The position numbers and the translations under genes are program-made. Below the pieces are notes generated by a model that was given only the letters and a program-made list of their open reading frames with translations, searched no databases and was not told where the DNA came from. A stretch of 63,679 bases of DNA, counting the filler, from Octopus bimaculoides (Eukaryota), in assembly GCF_001194135.2 (NCBI RefSeq). It is 7 parts of 6 records of this genome, joined end to end, with 100 filler letters (N's around TTAATTAATTAA, not from the genome) between each part and the next. Parts side by side here need not be neighbours in the genome. Positions count along the whole stretch, not along the records: positions 34,305 to 50,616 come from NC_068981.1; 6 more parts are not named here. One strand, written 5' to 3'. This document shows positions 34,353 to 47,600 of this stretch, piece by piece. Position 1 is the first letter of the stretch, and every line of letters begins with the position of its first letter.

Positions 34353-37300
34353 TGTAGCTGAGAACATTAAGCCGGGACCGAGACTTTCATTATCAAGCCA
34401 CCTTTCAAACTCAAGTTAAAATATTCTGAAATTCTAAAAAAATGTTATTTGCTATCTGGTTATGGTAAGTAAACTTGAAAAAGACAACTACATATACAAA
34501 GAAATACGTAAATATACGCACAGATAATTAATTGAATACACATACACATTCTCAATCAAATCTATACATACCTACATACATGCATGCACATGCACTCACA
34601 TAATGATGGGTACACACACATACATATTTCGGAAGAGATTGATTCATAAAGTTTACAGTCACACTCACCAATTATTGTTTGTCTACATTTAACATTTTTT
34701 TTCGAATACAATCGATGCTTGTCAGAGTCCTCCAAAATATTTTTCATAATATTGATATGTGTAGCCTTCTCTACGGCTACAGTTAATCTTGTAACTAATT
34801 GTTTTTCTTTGTAATTTTTTAACTGATTTTAGAATTGTTGTTACATCACTATAATTAAGCATGTGAGCTCATATCTTACTACCAGGTACATAAAAATAAG
34901 AGATCATTGTGTGTCTTTAAGTTCTCGCGTANNNNNNNNNNATATATATATATATATGTGTGTTTAAAAACATATGTATGTGCGTATGTGTGTGTGTGCG
35001 TGTGTGCGTGTGGTACATACATTTATAAAACCACAAGTTGCCTATGGTTGCAATTTTCCTGAATGTCATCATCATCAATGTAATCTATCTTTCTGTCTAT
35101 CTGTCTATCTGTCTATCTATATATTGGTGGTCATGTATGCATATGTGCGAGCGCGAGTGTGTATTTGAATGCATGTATGTGTGTTTTTCAGGGCAGAACA
35201 AGCTTTCATTCCTACAACCTTGGAATATTGTTAAACGAAAAAATAAAAAGTATAAAAATATAAAAAATATAAAAGCACATAAGCACTGATAGCATTAATT
35301 ATGAAACAATAATGGAAGCAATCTAATTTGGAAATGATGTTTGTTCATCGACACTTTCAATTATTTTTCTCGGAAACACTTTTCTCTTTTTATCCTTTTC
35401 TTATTTTTGTGTTTATATATTTTCTGTCAAAGTTCAATTTTTTTGTATTTTCAATTTTGCAATTTTGTTAATTTAATGAAATGCTTGGTTTCATACATCG
35501 GTTTCTTTCTTCGAATTGTTTTCTACGTTTCGTTTTCAATCCGTTTTTACTTTTTTTCTTATTTTTCCTCTACTTCGAATTCTTTTATTATTTCCTGGTT
35601 GTCTTCAAGTCAACATCCTATAACACATGCAACCACAAAGTCTGTTGACATTTTCTTCGATCTTTGGATTACAGTAAAATGACATTCAAATTTCTATGAT
35701 CTGCCCTTCAAATACAAACAGAACAGTTACTTCTAAAAATGCAACTCAATATTTTATGCAACCGATCATCACATACACGGAATTTTACTAAGTAACAATT
35801 TTATATTTTATTTTATTTGAACCTAGTGGCATCCCTCATAGAAAGCTAAAGCGAAGGTGAAATAGTGTAACGTTCTTGCTTTTTTAGATGGTTAGCTTAG
35901 CTGATAGGTCATTATCCTACTGGAGGAAATTTCGACCATTCGTTTCTCGCCATTGGCACTGTGTTGTAACATTGATTTACTACGTTAAATTTGTATTGAG
36001 TCTCTTCACCAAGATCTAAGTCGGGACTTCATAAGTAGTGGTAAAGAACAGGCTTGCAGTTCTAAATTTCTTACTCTGGGTTTGAATTAAGTAATGGAAA
36101 TATTTGTATCACTAAATTCTCTCTAAAGAATCCTGAAATTTGCAAGTTTGCTATGAACTCTCGCCACGAGCCCTTCAACGATATTAAGCTGTAACAAAAA
36201 GCAAAAATAAGTAAAGACATGAGTGATGCGGCGAGCTGCTAGAATCGTTAGCACGCCGGACAAAATGCTTAGTGGCGTTCCTTTACGTTTTGAGTTCACA
36301 TTCCACCGAGGTCGACTTAGCCTTTCATCATTTTGGGAGTCGATAAAATAAATATCAGTTGATCATTGGGGTTCATGTAATCGACTTACCTCCTCCCCTG
36401 AAATTGCTGGCCTAGTACCAAAATTTGAGTCTACTATTAGATACATGAGTTAAATTAGACGTAGATCAGTGAAGTGAAAGCTGTGTTACTGCTTTTTACC
36501 ACAGCCATTTTTTTTTTTTTTACACAGCAATATCTCGACACTTAGGTCAAAGTCATATCACTTTTACCAAGGAAAACAAGAAGATTATTTATCAACATAC
36601 TTTGTAAAGTAAACAAACATATATTAACAGTTTCAGCAAAATATTTCAACATCAACGGAAATAAAGGAAATATAATATTGAAAGATTTGAATCCTTTATC
36701 ATGATTGTTGTTACTTTTTATTAATAATACGCCAGAAATTTTTTGACCTTTGAACTGTTTGTAAGTTGTGGCTAGTTTTCCATGTAAACATGCCATTTTT
36801 ATTTGTTGAAATATTTGAAAAGAAGAAGAGCATAAATAATACAAATAGCAGTAAAATTATCCTTTCTTTTTCACATGTGCAATGAATTTAAGTTCATTCT
36901 ACCAAAGTGGACTTACCTAATCTATCTATCTATCTATCTATCTATCTAATCGTCTGTCTGTCTGTCTTTTTCCCTACCTCTCTATATATATTAACTTTAA
37001 CGACCTTATCACACTTCTTACAAATAATAAAAACAACCGTATGAAATCATAGTAAAATGAGCTATGTAAAAGACGGTGCAATTGGAACAAATGATAGAAT
37101 TAAATAAAATAATTAAAAGCTTTTTTAAGTTTTGAGTATAGTAATAAACCAAAATAAATTCAACATTACGTTTTATTTCTTTAATTTTTATCCAATAGGC
37201 ATTTCCATTTTATCCAATATGCATTTCCAAAATCAATTCAAGTTCTTGAGAAACTGCAACGTTTAAGTCCACCATCCTCCCAGTTTCCAGGTAGCCATCA

Positions 37301-38699
37301 GTCTACAATAGTTTAAGCTGAACATCAACTACATTGATCAATCTAATCTGTGAGAACGCTCTGCCTTTGACTACATTATAAAGCAAACCTTATATTTTTA
37401 AAAGTTCCATTTTCTATCAATTTCCTATTACCCTAAGATATTAGTTGATGGTAATCAAGCAATTGTGATATATTTTACAGTTCTCTAAAAAAAAAAAGGT
37501 AAGAAATGGTTTGTTGTAGTTTTACCTTGGTTCAGCTTTATAGAAGTATATCTATTGTGGTAATATTCAATAAGATTTTCTGACGAGGGATGAATTCGAA
37601 CACCACTTCAAATGCATTGTCTACTAGCCAACACACTCCTCATTTCTTCTCAAAAAAACAAAAAAAAAAAAACGGCGCGGCTCAAAACGTTAGGATTCAC
37701 CTCTACGCACGGTACACAGAATTATATTCATTTGATAAATTTTATTAACTGTGTTCTGTCACATTGATTATCGCAACTGTCATCGGAGTCTATGTTTTGT
37801 CTTGTTTCTAAATGCTCTTAAATTTTTACTTTTAAACGCACGTTTTCTCAGAAACCACAAGGCATCATCACAAGGTTATATCTAGTTATAGATTTATAAT
37901 TCCAGAATACTAAACTAATGCGAGAAAAGGTTGTGAACATGAGTACAAGCCAGATGAAACTTCCCACTGCATTACTAATTATATCATGCACTTTGTCGGT
38001 GTTTGGATTTAACATGTGCGACATATCTTGTATCGTAGAAAAAAAAAACGGAGGCTATCCTTCTTGCTGGAATATGTTTAAGACTTTACAAATAAGATGT
38101 ATTAAATATTTCAACCAAAGACAGTTTTATGTTTACTTAGTAGTAAGTCTGAATACAGGATATATCAAACATATTTAGTGGGTTTTTTTTACATTAGTAA
38201 TATTACAAATTCTATAGATGTGGTTTGCTTTTACTGTTATTGGATATTCTCATTAGATTATGATAATAATTAATGTAATTTCAATAATATAGTCGTTGAA
38301 GAAGGGTTTGTAGAAGAGAAATTCTATTTTTCTAAATACCACATTTAAAATAACTATTGTTCTTTATTTTCATATTGCGTTGGTTTTTCAGTATTTTTAT
38401 TTCATCACTTTAAGCGTTTTATGTACATGTCACTCTTGTTATATATGCGAAATAAATAAATCATTGAATTTGATTGCAAGGTCGATGTTTTCCTTGGAAG
38501 TTGCGAAAACTGTAGAAGTTGATTAATGATGAGCAACTACAAATTAGTTTTCACAACTATGTATAGCACATAAAATATTAATGATTCTCAGTTGGCATGT
38601 ATAATCAGGTACAGTTAAATGTCTTCTTTTGGCATTACCTTGAAGCCGAGGATATTTTCAAGGCTATTCTCTTCCTCTCTTATTTATCATTATTAGTGA

Positions 38700-39600
38700 T
38701 GTTCCCATCCCGATGCTTGCTCAGAATTTGTACTAAAGTACAGTGGCTAGGGTTTTTTCCCCTAGCATGCTGATCGAACCACTCGTTCTCCGCACACATA
38801 CTTATACATTGCATAAGTTTCGACAACATTTTAACTGTTGTCAAGTAAGGTGTATAATGGCATGGTCTTTTGATCAAGTTACTGAAGAGTTTCTTAGGTT
38901 CACATCTCGGGTAGTTGTCTTCTACAAACTTAGATCACATAACTTATTTATGTATTCTTCTGTCTAGCCTTCTTTTTACATACCCCAGCAAATTTGATAA
39001 TTTTCAAAGATAATTTGAATTCTTATGGTTTTCGTTTTTGCTAGTATTTCATTATCTGTGACATAGTCACCACATGACATTCAAACACAGTCTTGGTCTT
39101 GTTTTACAAAGTTTCTCAAGTGGACCGATTGATGTTAGTAAGCTGCCTTAGTTTCTTATCCATATAGTGGTGGAAAAACTCCAATAGCTTGATACACTAT
39201 GAATGTTGTTTTGACTCTCATGATACGATTGTGAAGACACCATTTAATAGGATACAAAGGCTTTGTGAACTACTCGCCGTCGTTTGGTTGTGTTATTGTC
39301 AAAGGGGCAGGAGTTGAGATGGGTTCAATATTTATTGTGGTCTTTCTTTATTCTTCATTGTCTTAGAGAATGTCTGTGTTTTTGCTAAACAGTCAGTGAG
39401 ACCAAGCATCTCGTAATCGCAAACAAATGCATTAGAAATTATTTTGAACCGAGTAGCATTGTCATCAGCGTATTGTGGCTCACAGATCATGATTGTAGAT
39501 CTAAAGCGCTTTATTTCAGTTCTCGGGAGTTGAAAAGGCAAACCTTCGTATCTGTATTGAATAGTAGCTCGGAGTTTAATGTCACGGCTTATGTTGATTA
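38700..39600 (-). mobile_element. Old, heavily decayed RTE-BovB-like LINE RT fragment
   Basis: IQYRYEG...ICEPQYADDNA...YEMLGLTDCLAKT parallels the RTE motif ELQYADD...LGLxxNIxKT. Confidence 0.65.
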
Positions 39601-42355
39601 TAAAAACATTCATATACACAGAAAAATGGTGAGTGCCAGTGAAAATCCCTTTTTAGCTCATTGCTGATTTCGAAATCATACATTATTCGCTATGATTGTT
39701 AAACAAAAACTCACTGTCGCAAAAGTAGAATCATACATCCAAGTAGACGGTAATATGTAGACTTAAATTTGCAAACTAATTTCTGCATATGATTTTCAAT
39801 TCCTTTTATTTTCCTGCTGAAACCTGTAGAATAATTAGATGTACCTAACTATCGATTCAATGATACATTTAGATTTTTAGAGTATTGAGCTGTCATGGTC
39901 GGCTCAACTAGAGTAAAGATGTCTGAAAATTACATCTGGTGCAGCTAGTGGACGAAAATGTGGATCACTGGTTAATTTGGTTAATTATTTAAAACTTATA
40001 GAGCTTTGTAATATAATAAATATTTGTTTCATACGCCATGGAAGTTATGTTCTTAGACGTAGATTTGTAAGTTTCAAGATAACGATAACTGTATGAACGT
40101 TTTCCGTCATCCAACAACATTTTTGAAAAGAAAATCATACATGATAGAGTGGGCTATATTCCAATGTCGCTTATGTTTATTACCATTTCAAATAGCGTTA
40201 TGATAAGATCATCTTAACACAACTTTTAAGTTTTGCGTTACTTCACACAAGACTTCTTACAAAGTTTGTTTTTAGTATGTACCTGTTTTCCCTTTGCTTA
40301 ACTAAGAAAACAAAAAGCACAAATATCTTAAAGTAATTTTCTCGACGTATTTGTTATTGTAAGAAAGCCAAAAGGTTGTACTATCAATAATGACACCCGA
40401 TGAAATAGAAAGATTTTGAATATGATGATGAAACCATAAGAAAGCAAATATTCTATCCTTAATAGAATATGTTTTCACATCAGTTTCAGAAAACACATTA
40501 CTTTCAACACGTTTTCTGGTTTTTATTAAAGCTCATGTAAATTTATTTTTGTAGTGATAAATATGTAGGGAGAGGGCTATGTTACCAAATTCAAGTATTC
40601 TTTAGATACTTATATTATTTTTTACATAGAAATTTACGAAAAAACTCTATTAGTAAGAGAAAGGAATTTGATCTTTAGATGTTTATTTCTTTCTTGAAGG
40701 TAGATTTGGATATACATTTGTACGGCGTAAAACACATGAACATACGTATCAATGAACAAACATAAGCTGGAAGCTTACATCTCAGGAATTTCTTATTTTA
40801 AGAGAATAAAATTATAATATAGTCAACAACTATATCATCTTGAACCCGTAACTAGTATTCACAAAATATTTTAGACATTTTATTATTTGATACTTTGAAA
40901 TAAATTTCTATTCGCATCAGTGTTTATTGATCAGGTATGATATGAGTGGAACAGGTTACATTGGGTCTAACATTGTTTTTAACTGATTTGTTTTTAATCA
41001 ATAAAATCGTAAGATGAATAAGATTATCAAATGAAAATTTTTTCATTTGTATAACTATTTAGGATAAAATTGAGCTGTTTATTGCCGTGAAAGACAATTG
41101 TTAGACATGCACTTGTTAAATATCAGAAAATTGTATAAGATTCTCTAACAAGCAAACTCAGAGATCGCTTGTTAGAGAATTTATGAAATAGAAGTAACCT
41201 ATAAAATAAAGATGTCATACGTATTGGGGGTCAATAAAGGAAAATTGAAAGTGCTATGACATCAATGCTGTTATGATAATAAATATGTAATGAAATGTAC
41301 CACGAGTGGAGACAGGGTTATGTGGATAAGAAGCTGACTTCACAGTCATATGATTCCAGATTTTATCCAACTGCGACACATTAGGTATCTTCTATCAAAC
41401 TTCTATAAAAACATCTTATTGTTTAATATGCGTCCGTACGTGCGTGCGTGCGTGCGTGTACGTGTGCGTAAAAAGAGAGAGAGAGAAACCTCTTTCTTTT
41501 TTTCTTTCCTTCTTTCTGCTTTCTTTTCTATTTCTTTCTTGTTTTTTCTATCTTCTTGACTTGCTTTCTCTTTTTTCTCTGTTTTCTCTCCCTCTAACAA
41601 ACATCCAAAGAATTCCCCGCAAACACATGCATACTCGCACATAGATACGCACACATATGTACACACACATATAGATGGCAAAAGGACCATTCTCTTCCAA
41701 ATTTATATAAAAAGGCAAAACATTTTCTGTAAAAACCATATTTGATGAGTCTCGAAAACGAATGACATTAAAGCGCTACTAAATAATTATCCAAAATTTT
41801 ACTTCCTTTTTCTTGATATATAAAATCTGTACACCACTTCAAATAATTTATACATATTTACACACACACACATGCATATACATACATACATATTTATATA
41901 TGTGTGTGCGTGTGTGTATGTTGTGGGGTTTTGTTCAACTAAATTGCACAGACAGTCGCTTGTCATATGGTCACTGGCAACATTGATGCTTTTATTTACA
42001 AACATTTATACTATGTACGTTGCAGGATCTGAAATCAGTGCTGCAAGCCAATAATAGTCGTCAGTTATATAGTACTCCTGCTACTTGTAGTAATAAAGGT
42101 AATTGTTGTATAGTCCCAAAGCATTGTGTAAGCTTTATCTTCTGAAGTACTGCTTTACGACTATACAAATATGTACAAGTTAGTACGGATCAAATACTTT
42201 GCTGTTGAATCATTTTGGTACAGGCAGAATCTAGATATGAACAATTAACTCTTTGAAGTATTGGCAAATATCTTATCTAAATAAGATATTACGATGTGTT
42301 CCGTTTTATTTTGTTTAATTTGCATTATATCCAACAACTTATTATCGCAGTGAAA

Positions 42356-42433
42356 ATGTTTTAGTTCAGACATGTTTTAGTTCAGACATGTTTTAGTTCA
42401 GACATGTTTTAGTTCAGACATTTTAGTTCAGAC
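42356..42433. repeat. 16-bp minisatellite (ATGTTTTAGTTCAGAC) x4 plus partial copy
   Basis: Four exact units (42356-42419) and one shortened unit; no spacers. Confidence 0.95.
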
Positions 42434-43218
42434 GTAAAGAACAAAAAAAAAAGCAACGACAAAAGAACATAGTTCATAATTTGTAAAAAAACTTTCAACC
42501 TTGCTTTAAACAATTCTATAGATATGGCTTTGAGAACTGGACTACTTGAATGGCACACGTAAAAAAGTATTATAACGAAGGATGTGTATAATTCCATAAA
42601 TATCATTAAGAAGTGTTTGAAAAAATTCGATTTGTAGTGGTATAAACTTGATGGACTAATCACAGAAAGAGGGGTTGCACAGAAAAACAATAGGAGGGAA
42701 ATGAGCCCTAAAACAAATAGGCTATGTAGGAAAGGGTTATTGTTAATAGATTACGTAACTATAATGTTATGAAATAATACTTTCATCCGAAGTTATAAGG
42801 ATGAATAGAGATATGATTAACTAAACGGAGATGCAGCAAGATACAACGATAGACTGAAGAGACAAAAGTATGTAACAGAGAGTTAGAAAGAAAACTTGGT
42901 AAAGGAATACAGTATCCCAGCAACGAAGAGGGAAACAAAAACAATGGAGATAAGAAGTGTAATAATCGGGAGGATCTATTAATGTAAACAGAAAAAAAAC
43001 TGTTGGAGGCCGACCAACACAAATAACAATTGCTGCTATAAGATATCAGATGCGTGAAGATGATTAGTATCTCGTTGATTAGCATCACGTTGCAACATAA
43101 GTTCTGTCAGTCGGAGGTACGTGACAATGTATAGCCTGGAGAGCAGAGAAAAGGTAAAATACTTAATTTATAACACGCAATACTTTAATTCTCACATCCC
43201 AGCAAAACTCTAGTATAC

Positions 43219-43249
<31 letters not shown>

Positions 43250-43607
43250 TTTATGTATATATGTATGTATGTATGTGTGTAAGCGTATGGATATATGTAT
43301 ATGTATATATGTATATATATATATGTGTGTGTGTGTGTATGTATCTATATGCATGTGTATGTATATTTAGCATTTTTATGCGTGTGTATAACACATATCT
43401 ATATAATATCAGTCACACATACATAGTGTATGTATTTTACTTAATTAAACTCCCATTTGATACGGGACAGCGACCGAGGAAAGCTCCCTATACGACGCCG
43501 AGAGTTAAAGAACATCTGAATGTCTCTGAGAAGGCAAGATTACTCGCCCCGGAGTGATTGAAAATAGCAGATACCAATATTTCACCATTATTATGACTTA
43601 TTAACAT

Positions 43608-44022
43608 CATGTACTTGGATCATCTCGAAACGAAATGAATCGCTGGTTTGTGACTTATATGCAAATAGAGTGAGTTCTATTTGCTGATGTGCAGCGGACT
43701 AGCACATGTGATACAAAATTAAATTACGAATTAAAAGCAGTTCTTGCAATGTAAGCATCATCAGTCGCACGTACATAGTGCATGTGTTTTGCTTAAATGC
43801 TCCTTGCCGCGGAATAGCGTCCGGGGAAAGCCCCATACACTGCGTCCAGTGGTAAAGATTACTGACTGATAATGTTTACATTACTAGAGCTGTTTTTAAT
43901 TCATAATTTAATTTCCTTTCATATGTGCTATGCCGCAGCACATCATCAAATAGATTTCACTCTATTTGCATATAAGTCCTGAACCAGCGAGGCATTTCGT
44001 TTCGAGGTTATCCGAATACATG
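43608..44022. mobile_element. MITE with long (~165 bp) imperfect terminal inverted repeats
   Basis: Left arm CATGTACTTGGATCATCTCGAAACGAAATG...CTTATATGCAAATAGAGTGA... is the reverse complement of the right arm (roughly 80-85% by eye), with a ~95-bp unique core. Confidence 0.8.
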
Positions 44023-44859
44023 TGATTGATAAGCCACGTCAATGGCGAAATATCGGCATCTACCATTCTTGCTCACTTTGGAGCAAGCTGTCTCGTCGTC
44101 TGAGACACTCAGTGTTCTTTAACACTCAGCGTTGTGTGAGTTGGAGTGTTTTGCTCAAGAAGACAACGCACCACACTGTCCAGAAATCTAAACCACGCAC
44201 CATCACATAAAAAGTCGAACAACGGTTTCGATAAAAACGAAAATAATATCAAAGATAACCGGGAATTTTCCCACGTCAGCTGCTAATCAGATATGAACAT
44301 AATTTCGACACTCAAAGTCAACATCAATATTTCTGAGAAAGACAATATCACTATTCCCGAGAAAGTCAATCAACATTACTAAATATAGTCTAACATTATT
44401 TGAAAATCTATAAACAAATGTTTGTACACGAAGTATCTATCACAAACGGATAAACCAGAAACATACATATATTTTCCAAAATTAAACAAATATAAATAGA
44501 TAATTATAAATGTATCAACTTATATAAATTATTAAATACTAATAAATAAAAGAATTAACCAAGAAGCAAATTAATTAAAAATGACGAAATACAAACGTAT
44601 TAAATGGGGGAAAAGAGGGATGATTGATGGTCAACGCTCAGTTATAAATAGTATTATGAGAGAGTTAACTACCGTCTGTTCAGCTAGCTAAATTGTTATG
44701 ACAAAATATGAATAACAATCAACCCACAACTAGCAGAGAAAGATGACAAAACAGAGGAAATGATCAGCCAAGGACAGGAAGATAAGTATAGATAAAGAGA
44801 AGCGGAAAAGATGAACAACGACTATGACAGAAAAGTCTTCGTGGGTAACGTTTAATTTT

Positions 44860-47600
44860 ACTAAGCTCTTAACTCTGGGTGGTACAAATAAAGTACTACT
44901 TATTTGTATCACTTAAATGAGCGGTGATACATAATTCGTGCCGAAAATTTTAATTCTTTTCGTTGATTAGTCGGTAGCTCAGAAAACGTTCTACTTTGTC
45001 TATCGGCCAATCAGAAGCTACCCTTACATCTGGCAACAATTTCTGAGACACAAACGGAATATTTTTTCAGTTGAATCTATTTTGTGCCAAAGTTCAGTCG
45101 AGGAAAAAACAAGAGTACAAATTTTTGTCATAAATTTGTTTATTGAAATGAAGGTAAGATCTTTTTATATTTTGCTTATGAAATGTATTTAGCATAATTA
45201 TAGGTAAATTATTAGAAGTTGAACTTTTATATTAAGTTAAATTGGTGGTACATTTTTCGAACCACTGAGCAGCCAAATAAACAAACACGTGTTCGTGCAA
45301 CGAAGAGTTGATTTAGGATTGTAAAATTGTTATGTATTTTTTATACTTTTATACATTATAGACATTTGTATCAAACTGATGTTTGAAAATTTAACTTAGT
45401 TAATACGAAATTTGAAGTAATTGAAAATGTGATTTGATATGCCTATATTCTTATTTGAAGTACCTACCTACAAAGCAATATTGTGTTGCTATTTTTCAAG
45501 AAGGTATGAGTCCTGCGCCTAGACAATGTATATATATATTTTTTTAATTCATAAATTCCTTATAAAATTGTGAAGTGACAAGTAGTAATATTTGCTGATT
45601 TTACCCTTACAGAATATCTCGTCACCGAAATCTATTATCTCAAAAGGAAACTGAGGAAATTTTTTATGAAGATACTCCTTCAGATAATGAATCAACTTGT
45701 GATGCTGATGACTCAGATGAAGCTTCAGGAGGAAGAAACAGCAAATATAGAGTTTGATGATTTATCAGAATCTGATTCAGATGAAAGGCGGTGAGCTGGC
45801 AGAATCGTTAGCACGCCAGGCGAAATGCTTAGCGGCATTTTGTCTGCCGCTACGTTCTGAGTTCAAATTCCGCCGAGGTCGACTTTGCCTTTCATCCTTT
45901 CGGGGTCGATTAAATAAGTACCAGTTACGCACTGGGGTCGATGTAGCCCCTTGTGGGCAGTAAAGAAATAAGAATCTGATTCAGATGATGTTCCATTAGC
46001 CTCCTTTGCAGGTAATAAAAATCCAAAATGGGCTAAGGTAAATGTTGTACAACCAACAATTATTGTTGCCAAACCAAATGGTGTAGCAAAAGATATCCAG
46101 GAAATGCAAGAGCCCATAACTTATGCAATATTCCGCAAGTTGTTCACTGATAACATAATAGAGCATATTGTTTTTCATACTAATTTGTACGCTGTTCAAT
46201 CAGACAAAAATTTAGTTCCTATCACTGCAAAAGAAATAAAAAAATTTTGGCAATTAATTTGATGATGGAGGTTAAGCGTTTGCCAAGTTACAGGGATTAT
46301 TGGGACACAGATCCAAAGCTAAATGATTCTTTTATAAGCAGACTAATGCCATTAAAAAATGTCATTTGAATGACAATTCTTTTATGACAGAAAGGGGCTC
46401 CCCTAACTTAGATAAATTGTACAAAGTCAGACCATGCCTTGAAATGATCATAAATAACTTTTAAAAATGCTATTGTGCAAGTGATGTAGTTGCAGTGGAC
46501 GAATCAATGGTAAAATTTAAGTGTAGGAATAGTCTAAAGCAATATAACACCTTCAAACCAATAAGTAGGGGTTGCAAAATTTGGGTACTGGCAGATAAGT
46601 CAGGGTATTTTATTGATGGTGAAACTTATACAGGTAAACATGCTGGTAAAGTTACAAGAGACTTAGGAGGGAATGTAGTTAGAAAGCTAACAAGTCAACT
46701 AAAAGGAGGAAAACAAAGACTTTTGGACAACTATTTTACTAGCTATGACCAAGTTAATGATTTGAAAGGAGGTCAATTATTTGCATGTGGCACGGTAAAT
46801 AAGAAAAGGGTGAAATTTCCTCAATCTTATAAGAATGACAAAGACTTGGAAAGAGGTGAACATGACTGGTTTAATTCTTCCGGTGATGGAATTTCTGCTG
46901 TGAAATGGAAAGATAAGAGAGGGGTGTAGGTTACTTCAAGTTTTCATGATCCTACTGAAATATGCCAAGTTTCAAGACGGTGAAAAGATGGAATCAAGCT
47001 CCAAATAAACTGTTCACTTATGATAAAGGATTACAACCTAAATATGAATTGTGTAGATAAGTTTGGCCAGCTAAAAAAAAAACAATGAAATAGACCGTAA
47101 AAGTCACAAATAGTGGCACAGAATTTTTTTACTTTCTTGATGCAGCAATTGTAAACGTTTTTATACTTTATAAGAAAGCACAGGACAGCAATATGACACT
47201 GAAAAAATTCAGACTGGCATTTATTGATGGCTTAGCAGCAGAATCTATTGTGCTAAAAATAAAGACTAAAGGGCCTTCAATGGAAATTAAAAGGTGAAAA
47301 CCTCATGTTTCATTAGAGATCAGAAAGAGAGTCAGCTCATCAACAAATAAGAGGAACTAGGAGTGTACTTTGTGCAGTTCAAAAGCTAGACAATTCAGAA
47401 CAGAGCGGAAATGTTCTATTTTCGAAGTTCCTCTCTGTCTTGGTAAAAAGAAGCAATGTTTCCAAGATTATCACAAATAAAGATGTGCCTATTGTTCGGT
47501 GGTACAAATTTTAGACCACCTCCACTAAGTCAAAATTATATATATTTTTTGTAATTTCCAACAAGAAATGTTTAATTTAGTTAATAATAAAGGACAAATT
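44860..47600 (+). mobile_element. Decayed piggyBac transposon (PGBD4-like transposase remnant ~45614-47480); termini uncertain
   Basis: Acidic N-terminus, VDESMVKFKCRNSLKQY...KP-RGCKIWVLAD, LLDNYFTS, DYNLNMNCVDKF and a C-terminal Cys-rich domain (...KCSIFEVPLCL...CFQDYHK*). Multiple stops and frameshifts. GGTGGTACAAAT occurs near both ends. Confidence 0.88.
45785..45970 (+). mobile_element. Meta-like SINE inserted in piggyBac ORF with 18-bp TSD
   Basis: AGAATCTGATTCAGATGA at 45767-45784 and 45971-45988 flanks a CpG-rich SINE copy. Confidence 0.9.

Noticed and set aside
37579-37625. CTGACGAG...TTCGAACA hammerhead-like string (also 41743-41775 and ~34010-34065 minus)
   Set aside because: Core nucleotides are missing (GAAC for GAAA, no CUGA, or no UH triplet) and the stems are unconvincing.
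42356-42433. CRISPR-like regular repeat
   Set aside because: The units are contiguous with no spacers, in eukaryotic context; a simple minisatellite.
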